NCBI RefSeq assembly: GCF_001194135.2
Contig: NC_068981.1
Coordinates: forward strand, 9,689,020-9,753,019
Source: Octopus bimaculoides
Taxonomy: Eukaryota
Direction of reading: 5' to 3'
DNA: 64,000 bases
Part shown: positions 25,508 through 38,985 of the stretch, in pieces
How the letters are laid out: the number at the start of each line of letters is the position of its first letter
Numbering within the stretch: position 1 is the stretch's first letter
Position numbers and translations under genes: made by a program
The notes under the pieces: model-generated
What the model was told of the DNA's origin: nothing
What the model saw: only the letters and a program-made list of their open reading frames with translations
Database searches by the model: none

Positions 25508-25588
25508 CTACATAAGCAGTCCCACAGTTAGAGGAGAATTGACGGTATCGAGGGAAAATATTCTCGGCACTGCCATACGAGTGTGATG
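25508..25588 (-). CDS. candidate internal exon truncated by gap, product unknown
   Basis: open frame SHSYGSAENIFPRYRQFSSNCGTAYV ending at a strong donor AG|GTAAGG; acceptor would lie in the gap. Confidence 0.2.
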   Translation of the reverse strand, partial: HHTRMAVPRIFSLDTVNSPLTVGLLM

Positions 25589-25727
25589 NNNNNNNNNNNN
25601 NNNNNNNNNNNNNNNNNNNNNNNNNNNNNNNNNNNNNNNNNNNNNNNNNNNNNNNNNNNNNNNNNNNNNNNNNNNNNNNNNNNNNNNNNNNNNCACACAC
25701 ACACACACACATACATACATACATACA

Positions 25728-25763
<36 letters not shown>

Positions 25764-26029
25764 TATAGCTACATCCTCATTACTCGTGAAAGCTATTGCC
25801 AAGAAGACTTACTGAAATGATTCATTATTGTTGCCATGTGATGCCCTTATGACTTTTCAGCCCGTATGTATGTCTCCTGCCAGCCACCACAGTTGTCTAG
25901 TATGTAACTGCCCTTGCTGGCAGGAGAATCATGTGCCACCATATGCACTCTCTTAACATGTTGTTTTAGACCTCCAACTGAGAGGCACACCCTTCCACAT
26001 ATATGTATTTGCAACCGAAGCCGGACGCG

Positions 26030-26829
26030 AAATTGATTTTCTTACGAGAGTTCCAGACCCCAGTAATGAACTCATTTGCATACAGACAAACAGAGCCACC
26101 TTTATCCTTTTCCCCTTTCTAGTCAGCACCGTGCATTCATTACTCTTTCTCTCTCTACTGGCAGACAGCAACCTTTTTGTCACTATCGAAAAACATTTCG
26201 CTATCACTACAAGTACTACTGTCTCGAACTATCTGTTGGACAAGCGATTAAATATATGTAAATAATATTTCTTCCTTCTTGGTGTTAATCCTTTGATGTT
26301 CACAATAATACACTTGCCCAAACGTCGACGTTGTCACAATAATACACTTGCCCAAACTGAATTGCTGGAGTTATTTCATTTTTTCCAACAAAATGTTTTA
26401 AAAAAGTTATAGTGGTTTAAAGTTTAATCATTTTCACCCAGTCGGACGATAGTTAAGGAATGACCATGCTTCTTTTCTCTTGTTCTCGTTAAAAACCATT
26501 GCTGCCTCTGCGTAGTTATTTGTGTTGTTGTTTACTTTGTAAAACGGTAAGGGGGGGGTTGCTAGTACATCAACCTCAACTCACATTTTTCCCCACTACA
26601 TCTTTACCATATGGAGCCCTAGCAAAATCCGATAATAGGTATAGATACAAATCTAATTCTTTTAAAATCAAGCATAACTTGGCGATCGGTCGACTTACAG
26701 ACACCTTCGTCTTGAGGTTACTTGGTAGTGTGTATGTAAACTTGGCATCGAGGTCAAGGTAAACTCTGATTGGCTGTATGCAAATGAGTTCATTACTGGG
26801 GTCCGGAACTCACGTGGGAAAAAAATTTC
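26030..26829. mobile_element. MITE-like element with about 75-bp inverted repeats
   Basis: gagttccagaccccagtaatgaactcatttgcatacag (about 26047) is inverted relative to ctgtatgcaaatgagttcattactggggtccggaactc (about 26774). Confidence 0.7.
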
Positions 26830-29800
26830 ACAAGCCGTACAGTCATCAAATGATCCGCAATTGAAGTTCATCATCGGATTGAATGGAAAACCATAGCTAT
26901 GCATGCATATATGCATGCATATTCGTATGTATGTGTACAAATATGTTCGTGTGTATGTGTGTTTATGTAGCTGCATATATATGTGTATGTGTATGTTGAT
27001 GGGTGCATGTATGTATGAGTATGCTTGTATGTATCTATGCTGCATATTTCATATTTTCAACGAAGTTCACTTTGTTTGTATGAAAAAAAATGAAACAGAA
27101 AGAAATGACAAATGAGATTTAAAAAGTTTACAAAATGAGGTGAATAAGATGTCATTGCCAAAGATATCCCTTCCGTGCCTCATCAATTAGGTGTTCCATT
27201 TCTGCCTAGAATTATATCATCAACTATCAATACATAAAACATCAGCGGTAAGCATAAAGCACGTTAGGTCTGTATATTCTCACTTCAGTTCCATTTGTTT
27301 TACTATTATGTACAAGGATACTTTGTTGCTTTCATTGAGTGCGATAAAAAAAAACAAACCTGTAAAGCATTGACATGAGATAGCTTATCACGTACCGATG
27401 AATACGTATGAAGTGCTTAAGCCAGAAAGCAGTATACTTCATCTGCACAGCATCTTTATTCATTTCTTTTAGATAAGTAGGATTGATCTTGCGCTGTTGT
27501 GGCTTTAAAGTCTACACTTGTATCTAATCTGTATCCCATTCATTTCAAATTGTTACTTCAAACCCTGGATCAGTACTGTTTTGTATTGGCTGCTTCACTT
27601 TATTACTGTTCTTTTAATTTGAATGGAGGTAGTGGACTTGAATACCCGTGGCCGCAATGAATAGAACAGATAATAAAACCTGAACATCGATAAGTTTCTG
27701 TTATCACTATAAAATTACATTTTGTTGATGACTGTATATACAGTGTAGACGATATGTACTGAAAAATAAAAATACTGTCTCTTTTTACCAGGTCCCTGAA
27801 AATTAGACTTTTCCCTTTAGAATATTTAGTTCCCAACATTTAAGTGCTAAGCAACTCAGCGTTTCAAACCCAGCTGTTTAACATAAAAAAGAAGATCTTA
27901 GAAAATTGAGCCTCCTACTTGGAAGAATGACGATATATTTGCCTGTTGTTGAATGTTCTTGCAAGATAGCCAACCTAAAATTAAAATGCATAGCAAATTT
28001 TTCCAACTCATTTTTGACGATATTGTGATTTTCGTGTATTACACCACAAAATCAAGTCGTTAATAGGATTGCGATGTTTTCCAATATACTTTCGTTCTCA
28101 TGTTGATGTCAGTTCCTGACGGTACTCCCAACATATACTGTTTAAGATGGAACATGCAATTGTTGTTTTCAGTTATCTAATAGTTACATACTTTATTTTA
28201 TCTTTGAATACTTCCTTCCTTAATCATTATTCATATTTCCTCTCTGCTTTAATGTTTTCCACAACTAGATTGCCAGCACATTCTAAACACTGGAATAATA
28301 ATTCCTCATTTTTACGGCACAAAAGCTTGAAATATAATGACTTCAGCCATCAGTTACTGCTTCAGTGCAGCCATTACAGCAGGAAACCTTTTATCCTTGA
28401 TGTTACGTCTACCACAAGCTTCTTCATCTGCTATTTCATGTAGTGTTCAACTTTTCATGACCGTAGTATTCATTTCCGCCAAGATCTTTTCTCACGCACC
28501 ATCCATGTAAAGCACATTGATTTATTTCAGTTTTCTGTCACCTGTTTCACACCATTCCCGGTGAATAAATCACTTCAACCTACTGAACCCCGTTTTCTTT
28601 AATACCTGGCATTATGTGATTCAAGGAAATATTAAACATGCTTCTTTCTTTATCATATTTCAGATCCTCCTTATCTAATTGTTTTCGTTATTCCTTATTG
28701 TGCCGTGAGATTGTGTATCATTCGGGACATATCATATCCAGCAAAATTTATCTATTTTCAGTGTTTTCACACCTATTCCTTCTTTTTCTCAAGATATATT
28801 GCTCGGTCTGTGATAAAGTTAGTGTAGTTACAATTAGTTTGTACCTGATTCAATTAAGACTAACGTGATCGTTTCACCTGTGAGTCTATAAGCTTTATAA
28901 GTTCCATAATAATTATGATAGTTAAGCTATGTGTGATGTGTGTACGGAGGTGTTTGTCCTCCGGGGTTTTTATATCAACATTGTTCTAAATTAATATTTC
29001 TGGAACTTTGACAGATTGCTGCGGTGTATTGACGCCATCTTTCTTCTGAGAAATATCTAGTCCGTACTTGTTTACATGTTATTTCTTTTCAATTCTCCTT
29101 TTCTCTACAATTCAATCTCGAAAAAGAGGTAAATACGGAAGTATAATTAATTAGTCGGCCGGAAATCGAAACTGTGTTGCACAATTAACTCATTAGGCGG
29201 TTAGTTTCACGCTCATAACAATCCCACGTCTGCCAAAATATTTTGGGAGCGTCTACACAGTCACTTGACTCGCTGAAAATAGCAGTCATATTTCTTTGAG
29301 ATTGCACCTTACCGTCTTATAGACTGAAAGAAATTGCAGAGCGTAATCCTAGGTGTAGTATGTTTGAAAACAAAGAACTGATGACTGTGGCTGAAATGTC
29401 CTTCTGAAGCGTCATTCTTCATGGGTCTGTTTAATCAGGAATAACTTGGGTTAAAGAGCAGCAACCTTTTTTTCTTTTTTTTAATGACCAAATGGACAAA
29501 GTAGTATTCTTGTAACTGAATTATTCTTTTCATTAATCACAGATGAAGCCTTTCTGATCAAGTAGACTTAAAATCAAAAGTATTCCAGTTATAGCCACCA
29601 AATATCCCGTGTATTTTTTAATTTAAGGCGGAAGGATGTGATTGCAGGGGATTTAGTTGCTATTTCTAACAAACTAAGCGACTGCATAAAAGTCCCTTTC
29701 TTAATCCGTCCTTTTTGGTTTATTGAGAGGAGAGAAAACACTATACTCATTCCTTTAAAAAATATCTTATAATTTACGGACAAATGTTTAGCAAAACTGT

Positions 29801-32494
29801 ATCGAAATTGAAAATGAATTAATCTCTACATTCATAGCAATGTCGAAGAGTTTCACAAAGAATATTGCATCAGCAATTATCAACTGGATACTTGATTCAT
29901 AAAAGAAACCTTAGTCTGTGATTTAACAGTATTTATTTAGCAACGGAGTCCCATATTGCTTAGCAAATATTTTTAAGCTCATATGATGCGATTGCAGTTT
30001 ATCCATCAATACATGCATTGTTGATCACAGAGACACTACAATATATATAGATTAACTAAACCCTTTAACTATTAACGTAGATCTTACATTCGTATCTTCT
30101 GCACATTAATGTGATATATTGATTATCAATAGTCAGGTATTTCAACGATATTAACAATATAAAATATTTTAGTTGGGACTTTAGCAACATACAATTCGAT
30201 ATTGTAAATGTTTTGGGTGTTTTCATTTCTCGTTACACTAGATAAAAAGAGAGAACTAATTGCTTTATGCATGTTTTTCTAAATATTAAGGCTGTTCCTT
30301 TGCAACATGGTTATCGATCGATAACTAAATTGCAAGGCTATGTTATTTGCGTAGTACAAGAAATGTGAGATCATATAGATCTTTTGTACATAAATCTGCA
30401 TTAGCTGAGACATTTTGAAATTCGTTTCTGACTAGTATTGCAGTTGAGCCAATATTTCCTGTTTTCTTACAGGATTCTGGCTTTTCGTGATTGCAGTTGT
30501 TGCTGTTATTATTGTTGAACTTCAAGCACGCCTTTATCGAATGACTACAGCTATCTCTTTTACACTCTGGATTACATAATCCGATATGTCTCTTTAAAAT
30601 AATAGGGCGTGATTCGAAGGTTACTTAGCTACTATTTTTAGCAGATCGAACGACCGGGTACAGGCTTCTTCATTGGTTGTCTGAATTTTATGTAAGACAG
30701 GACATACGTAAACTGAAGGTAACATGTCAAAATTTTATTTGGTTCTTTCATGTTGCTAAATATCAAGAAAAAAAAAACGATTATTACATAACTTTAGGCA
30801 TTAACAACACCGTATATCTAGGGTATAAAATAAGAAAGATCTATATAAATTACGCACATTCACATCTTATGAAGTTCGTAACAGTGAAGAATTTTTAGTC
30901 TAATCCCAGAAACACGCACACACAAACACGCACGAAAACGCACACACACCGCACACACACACATACACCACGCACGCACACACACACCGCACAAATACAC
31001 ATACACACACCGCATGAACACGCACACGCATGCATACACATGGATGGATGACCAATCCCCATGGGTTTCGATAATGAGGATTCAGTTGTTGGATCAATTG
31101 AATTACGTGCTCATTGAATTACCGTGTAAGTGGTTCAATATTTCACAGGCAGTTGTACTCAGTGTACTCTGAAAGTGATCCACAGTTAGCAACAAGGGGT
31201 GACAAGATTGTACCTTCCAATATCAAGCAGAATCTACTCGATCGGCTTTCATACAGTTCCATTTTTACTGACAAGGTACGAAACAACTTAAGGCTGTATT
31301 AAATGTTTATTGTTCAGGATAGCATGCAACTGGATTGAACTCTGGTCTTGTTGATAACTATGCCATAACTATTTGTCAGTATCCTGTGATTGTGTGTGTT
31401 GGGGAGGATGGGTGCATGCACATAAAGCGAAGCCCACAAAAATATACATAGCTACCTTATAAAATGTATCAATTAATAATGTATCAATTAATAAACCATC
31501 AGATATAAATGGTATCTCCAAATCACCTGCATTGAATGAATATATTTGTCAAGACATGTTTTATTAAAATTTTAACTCTAAACAGTAAAATCCAAAAATT
31601 CTAATATTTAAACTTCCTTAAACTTAAAATATCAAAAGAACTTAACGTTTGACAGCTGCAATATTTCTGTTTATATATGCTTTCTGAAATGGTCTCACTC
31701 AAAGAAATTATTTTAATATCTTTTTTCTTTCAAATATACCTTCTCTGAAATATATGTTTGGTAATTAAATTGCTAATTAAAAGTTACTCGTGAAAAAATG
31801 TAATAAGTTCTTGAAGCTTAAATGCTTATTGCTAACATTTCCATAAATTGATTGAAGGAAATTATAAGCAGTTGAACTGAAAGCAGGATATGACTTGGTA
31901 TCTTATTTAATAAGGTTTTTCTCTTCAGTATTAAAATTTGGAACCTCGCATTTTGTCTCGTGAGGGATCGTTGGAGAAAAGTTAAAACTGGTTTTATTTT
32001 AGTTGCTGATTTGTTTATAGATTTAGAACCAACAAAATGTCCTCAATACAAGTAGATTTAATCTCCATCACTCCTATCCAAACACCAGAAGAAAAAAGAA
32101 TGAAAAATAAACAGTAATTTTAAACCTAAATATCAAAATGAGCTAAATTCGTGTATAAGGAAGAAAAGTGAACTGTGACGTTTCAGAGAAGTATCTTCTT
32201 CAAAGTGTGTAATATCATCAACACTGCGGAGAATCCGCTGATGTGACTATAGCAGAAACAGTGTAAAGACTGATAACATGACAGAGATGTTTCGAAATTA
32301 TATTTTTCCTTTTCTGATAACGAATGATGTCATAATCACTAATGATATACGTTCTGAGTTCAACTCACATCTTCTTAGCTGACAAAATAAAGTAATTATT
32401 AAATACTGAAACAGATCTAATTGACTCAATTTTTAGCATTATGCTGATGTGAAGAGTCAAAATTAATGATAGTGTAATATCAATATTCAATGAT

Positions 32495-32675
32495 TCTTTC
32501 TACTAGAGGTACAAAGTCTAAAATGTGGTTAGGGGACTAGTCGATTACACCGAACCCAGTAATCAACTGGTACTTATCTTTTCAACAACCCCGAAATGGG
32601 TAAAGTCGACCTCAGCAGAACTCGGAACGTAAAAGCTGACGAAATGCAGTTAAGCATTTTGCCCGGCGTGCTAAC
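32495..32675 (-). mobile_element. SINE family A
   Basis: reverse-complement match. Confidence 0.75.
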
Positions 32676-32810
32676 AAAATGCTTGTCGCTTTGTACATTC
32701 ATTTCTTTATAACACCGTCATATATGTGTATGCATATATGCGCAATATATCACAATATATCGCAATATACAGTCATTTACAAGGTGCTTGTAGTATTAGT
32801 ATACCATAAC

Positions 32811-33025
32811 GCGGCGAGCTGGCAGGAACTTTCGCACGCCGGGCGAAACGCTTAGCGGTATTTCGTCTGGCTTTGCGTTCTGAGATTGAAATTCCGTTCA
32901 GATCAACTTTGCTTTTCATCCTTTCGGGGTTGATAAATTAAGTACCAGTTGCGTACTGGGGGCCGATATAATGGACTGGCCCCCACTCTCCAAAAATTTC
33001 GGGCCTTGTGCCTAGAGTAGAAAAT
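32811..33025 (+). mobile_element. SINE family A
   Basis: gcggcgagctggcagg...gggccttgtgcctagagtagaaaa. Confidence 0.88.
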
Positions 33026-33196
33026 AATATTATTATACCGTTACTATACATCTAATAAGCTGACCTGCCAAGTTTTGTTATTCTAGAATGAAGAAGACAG
33101 TTGTAACAGCACTTTGAACACGCTCCACTAAGCACTGCTTGTCACAACTGATTAGTTTGTAGAATACAGTCGGGACGGGGAAACAATTTCGGAGTT

Positions 33197-33735
33197 CGCT
33201 ATGCTATAAAGTTGTGTGTTAAACTTGGGAGAAACGTTAAAAGATCTTACGAAATGCTTTAGACTGCTTATGGATTTACTTGTATGAGCTCTGTGTCTAT
33301 TTTTCGCTGACACAAGGGGTTCAAGGACGGTAGAGAGGAGGTGAGAGATGATGAGTGGTTGGGATGGAGAGGGACGTCAGAACATTAGAACTGTTTGAGA
33401 AAATTTGCAGTTTTCTGGATGAAGACCGTCGTGTGTTTATAAAGACAATAAGAATACAGTTTGGAGTTGGCATGGTGACCGAATACAGAATTATTCATGA
33501 AGATTTGAAAATGAGCTAAATTTGTGCATACATTGTTCCCAAGGAGCTCAGTGAGGACTGAAAGGAAATACCCCATTTTGGATAGCAAGGTTATCATCTA
33601 CATCCACCGGGTTTCCTCTGGTCAGACGGTCGACAAACAGTACTTTGTGGAGGTTTTGAGGGAGCTCAGAAAGAGAGCTCTTGCGCTCAGGTCGGTGGTT
33701 CCTGCAACAGAACAATTCGCCAATCTACAATTCCA
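33197..33735 (+). mobile_element. decayed, internally deleted mariner transposase (different subfamily from the 19-kb copy)
   Basis: RYAIKLCVKLGRN..YEML*TAYG..FR*HKGFKDGREEVRDDE, then IIYIHRVSSGQTVDKQYFVEVLRELRKR and SGRWFLQQNNSP (cf. HQDNAP). Confidence 0.85.
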
Positions 33736-34081
33736 TATTTATATGCAACTACTTGACAATAGCGAGGAGATTAAACCTTCCCAAATACTTGATTGTTACA
33801 TTAGTTTTGTTTTTGGCTCCAGAACTATGTAAAGTGAAACTGACCTCTGCATGATTTGAACTTAAAACGTACAGTGTCGTAAACTAAGCACCACGCCCTA
33901 ATGTTCCTATCAATTTATTTTTTCACATGTACCGTTCTTATATTAGTATTTAAAAGAAATGCTCAGGGCAGAAGTGAATTTTTGTGTATAGTGTTATATT
34001 TGTATGTCATGTTGAGTGTTTCTTTGCTATTCATTTCAATATCCACTTACACGCATCCAAACAAAATCCACCCCAGATGCA

Positions 34082-34205
<124 letters not shown>

Positions 34206-35581
34206 GACGCATACATATAATAAAAATGGATCTCGGTCAAAATTTCCGAACATGAGCTTTTAGTTATTCAATCAACTGAATTACCAGGTTCATTGAATAC
34301 ACTTGTAAGTGGGTTAGTATTTCACTGACTTATGTAGTCATGATCTCATTCTAAGGCAGAATAACTGTGACAGTTTGTGTATGGGATGAAGCTGATCTTT
34401 GGAATTAAAGTTACCATCCATTCGGTGGATTCCCACACGATTTCAGTTTACCGAATTTCACTCGTAGCTACAGAAAGCTACATTTTACCACGAAAAAGCA
34501 TCTCCTCATAGCAAAGTGAACTTTTTAACTATTCGGGCACCCTGCGCGCACACACACAAACTAGTTTCCTTGTATAATTGGATCATTTTATAACTGGATT
34601 TATATTAGTCAACAGTTTACTTCACACTTATACTTTTATTTATAATCGGTCGGTGCACAACTTATACAAAGTGGGAAGTGTCATCGTCTTAGTGTCGAAG
34701 CTTGTTTCATAGTGTCAACGCTAAACTGCTATAAATGGTAATATTATCTTGACAGCAAGCGATATGCTTGACATCTTCAAAACCTGGCTGATCCACATTG
34801 ATCACTGACTTCTTCTTTGAAGCTTAAGTGTCCGAATAATCACCTGTCCAGTGGACGAGTAGTAAATGAAATATGATCGGCAAAAGAATTAATTTTATAA
34901 TTTAGTTCACCATTAAAAATGTAATTTGGTTCCAAAAGTGATTGCTATAATTATTTAACGCTATCACTGTAACTGATACATTTACTTGAACACAAAATTC
35001 TAATGCTGTTGAGAGTGGTTAAAACAATAGAGTACTTGGTGGTATTTAGTAACTCTCGCGGTTTTGAGTTCGAATCCTGCAGAATCTTTAGAATTAGTAT
35101 CAATTGTCTTCTGAGATTTATTCAATTCCAAATACCCTTTCCTCCCAATGTTTGGGCTTCGTATAAAAGTTAGAGATGTATATCGTATTTACACATGTAT
35201 AAACCGCACTATTTTATATTTTAACTGAAAACAAAATTGGATGTGACTCATAGATGGGACAGAAAGGAAAAGAAAATTTACCAAAAATTAACACTAAATT
35301 AAGGATACGACTTGTGCACTAGTAAATTCTGTAATATATATGATTAAAGAAAATAGGGATTAAGTAAAATACAGAGGAATATCTCTTTAAGGGTTCTTTA
35401 CAAACCGGATTCGGATAACTAAATCATCCAGTAAAGATTGCGACTGCAGTAATCCATATTTTGTTGTTCACTTCCTGTGATGTCCAGTTTGTAAATCCGA
35501 GGGTCGAACACCAGATAATTCGGTGTATTAATCACAGAATGTATCAGAAAAATACAAAGAATGATTTAATTAGCTACACGT

Positions 35582-35682
<101 letters not shown>

Positions 35683-35814
35683 TGTGTGTGCGTATGTGTG
35701 TTCATGTGTGTGTATATGGTGAAGATGCTTAGGATTTGATTTAATGATATATTTTTTGTTAAGGGTATTCTTGCTAGGAAGAAAGTGAACTGGTCAATTG
35801 TTACATGATTCATA

Positions 35815-36458
35815 GGATCTAGTTTAAAACGGGGGCGCCAGTTTTCATTTATGTTTTATGTAGTGTTTTTGGTACGGAAAGACTTTCAAACTTCGTATAC
35901 TTATCTATTTTGTGTTATAGAACAGAAAAATATTTTTGTATTCGAATTTATTTCATGTAAAAAATTGTCTTATTTCGATAATTTCTACTAATCACTGACG
36001 TCTATTCAGTTGAAAACAGTTAGCGCTGTAACGGTGTATATCGTATTAATCCCCTAACCCTAACTAGACTGTTAACCGTAACCGTAACCCTAACCCTAAA
36101 ACTAACCCTAACTCGAGAATCCGAACTCTAAAATTGTTACACACATAGATACGCACAGCGTAATTTATTATAGAAACAATATATGCGTATAAATTACGAT
36201 TAAACCGGATGAAATATGTCACAGGGAATAACATTTTTATGACCGCCCGGCAGTAAGTCTATTGAGCTGAATAGACATCAGTGATTGGTTGAAATTACAG
36301 AAATACGACAACTTTAACATGGAATAACTTGCGAATTCCTTTTTTTTGTTAAGAAGACTAAGAGTAAAAGATGTTTTATATGACACATTCTACCAGTGTC
36401 CCAAATTTCAAAATGTTTCGTTAAGAAAATACTGGCGCCCCCGTTTTAAAATAGATCC
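35815..36458. mobile_element. non-autonomous TIR transposon with 8-bp TSD and internal (TAACCC)n-like repeats
   Basis: TIR ggatctagtttaaaacgggggcgccagt / actggcgcccccgttttaaaatagatcc; TSD gattcata at 35807-35814 and 36459-36466; second inverted pair inside; taaccc/taaccg units at 36051-36113. Confidence 0.9.
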
Positions 36459-37294
36459 GATTCATATTACATGATGTAAATATTACATGATGTAAATAAC
36501 ATTGAAGAACGCTTTATTTCGGTAACGTTGGCTACAGTCAATACAACAAAATCATATGTAAAAAAAAAAAAACCTCCCAAAACTAAAAAATTGTTTATGA
36601 GGTTTTCATACATTAGAATGATGGCTTAATATTCTTTACAATTGAAACCATTCATTTAGAATCCACGAAAAGTCTTTGAATGACCCCCACCTAGACGAAT
36701 ATTAAAACAATTTCCAGTTTTCCAACTAGATAATACACTTTTTGCTATTATTTTCCGTTAATAACAGTGTGAACCTATAGAGATTCTCTTTATTAACCTC
36801 ACTGATAATGAGAAAACATAATTTGTAATATTAATTATATAAACATATTCAATTGAATGTCTTGCTAACTGAATAAAGTGTTCAATGTGAGAAATGAAAT
36901 AACAGCTTATGCAATTATATTAGGGAGAGCGATAAAAATTACGTAATGCATCTTCAAGCGAATTCCCCGATCAATATTTATTATGCCTTCCTGTAAAATA
37001 GCCAGTTGGAATCTTTTTAATACTGTGCAAACATGATGAACGAAGTATCATGAATTTCGATTATTTAGGACTAATCACCATTTGTTTATGTCACACCAAT
37101 GCTAAACAGGTACTCTAATGAAGAATTAGCATAAAGACCAAGGTTAGGGAAACAGAGGAGGAGGTTGAGAAACTGTACAAATTGCGTGCAAGATATTTCT
37201 CACCTGACACGAGTACAATACCAATAAATCGCTTTAGAATTCGTATTCAATACAATCACTGTGTTCAGTGTTCAGATCTCGACTTTCAAGTGTT

Positions 37295-37707
37295 CTTTTA
37301 TTCTTTAAATTGTTTCAGTCATTTGACTGCGGCCATGCTGGAGTACCACCTTTAGTCGAACAAACCCAGAACTTATTCTTTGTAAGCCAAGTACTTATTC
37401 TATCGGGCTCTTCTGCCGAACAGCTGAGTTACGGGAACGTAAACACACCAGCATCGGTTGTCAAACGATTGTGGGGGACAAACACAGACACACACATACA
37501 TACATATATATAAATATATATATATATGACGCGCTTCTTTTAGTTTCCGTCTACCAAATCCACTCACAAGGCTTTGATCGGCCCGATGCTATAGTAGAAG
37601 ACACTTGCCCAAGGTGCCACGCAGTGGGACTGAACCCGGAGCCATATGGTTGGGAAGCAACCTTCTTACCACTCTGTTAAGCTACTTAACACAGCCACTC
37701 CTGCGCC
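37295..37707 (-). mobile_element. SINE family B
   Basis: full-length reverse-complement match. Confidence 0.88.
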
Positions 37708-37899
37708 TGTGTTATATAGATATCAAAGTTAGAAAAAAGTAAGAACCGTTCTAGGCATTCTTACTCTCTATTTAGATAGGTTCCTTGTCGTCAAATATTT
37801 TTCGCCATGATGACGAGTGCAGATCAATATTTAAAAGTGCGATAAATGACTAATAGGTGAATAGGGATAAATGAACAAGTACAATTAACAATTGTTTCT

Positions 37900-38272
37900 A
37901 ATTTAGACACAAGACCAGCAGATTTTAGAGTTGTCGATGTGGCCTCGGTGAGATTTGAATTGAAAACAAAGTATAAGAGATTCCGTGAGCCATTTTTTTC
38001 GATGCTCTAACAATTCTACCAATCCCCTGCCATGACATTCACATTTAATCATTTAATCATTTCTAGTATAGTCACAAGGCATGAAACATTGGTGGAGGGG
38101 ACTAGTCGATTACATCGACCCCCAGCGGTAACTGGTACTTATTTCATCGACCCCGAAAGGAGGAAAGGTAAAATCGACCTCGGCGGAATTTAAACTCAGA
38201 ACGTAAAGACGGACGAAATGCTGCTAAGCATATTGCCCGGCGTGCTAACGATTCTGCCAGCTCACCACCTTT
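37900..38272 (-). mobile_element. two SINE family A copies
   Basis: 37900-38032 (diverged) and 38058-38272; tcacatttaat repeated on the flanks of the second. Confidence 0.8.
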
Positions 38273-38619
38273 CAATCACATTTAATAATAATGTTTTTTC
38301 AAAGTTACTTTAAAAGTAGCACAATAGCTTATTACTTTGATTTCGAGTAAAGATGAATCAAGCTTCTCTGTCCAAGCGTATCAGGACAATTATCCTCCAT
38401 AGGACAATTCCTCCCCGACGACAACTACCCCCTAGGAAAGTCACTCCACTTCCAGGTTAATCACTCCCTCTCTAATATATTTAGAAGTTTCAAATCATCA
38501 TCTGTTGTCCTTGGGGGGTAAATGTCTTACACTCCTGTCCCAGATATCAACGGTGAATATTCAAGATCAATATTCAAACTTATAGATAAATGACTTATCA
38601 ATATTATCAAACACACTGC

Positions 38620-38985
38620 GAGATGCTTAGCGGCATTTCGTCTATCTTTGTTATGAGTTCAAATTCCACTGGCGTTCATTTTGCCTTTCATCCTTTCGTA
38701 GTCGATAAAACAATTACTAGTTGCTGACCTTGTGCCAAAATTTGAAATCAGTGTTATCATATACCCTAAAGCGGTGTGCTGGCAGATTCGTTAACGGGCC
38801 AGGAAAAATGCTTAACCGCATTTCTTCCGACTTCATGTTTTGAGTTGAAATATCGCTGGGATCGACTTTGCTTTTCATCGTTTCGGAGTCGATAATATAA
38901 ATACCATTTGAGCACTGGGGTTGATGAATTACTTATCTGATTTCCTGAAATTGCTGCCCTTGTAACAGAATTTGAAACCAATATT
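38620..38985 (+). mobile_element. two SINE family A copies
   Basis: 38620-38752 and 38768-38985. Confidence 0.78.

Noticed and set aside
28000-28800. Possible ancient RTE-like LINE (minus)
   Set aside because: Only vague motif echoes amid many stops; too degenerate to support.
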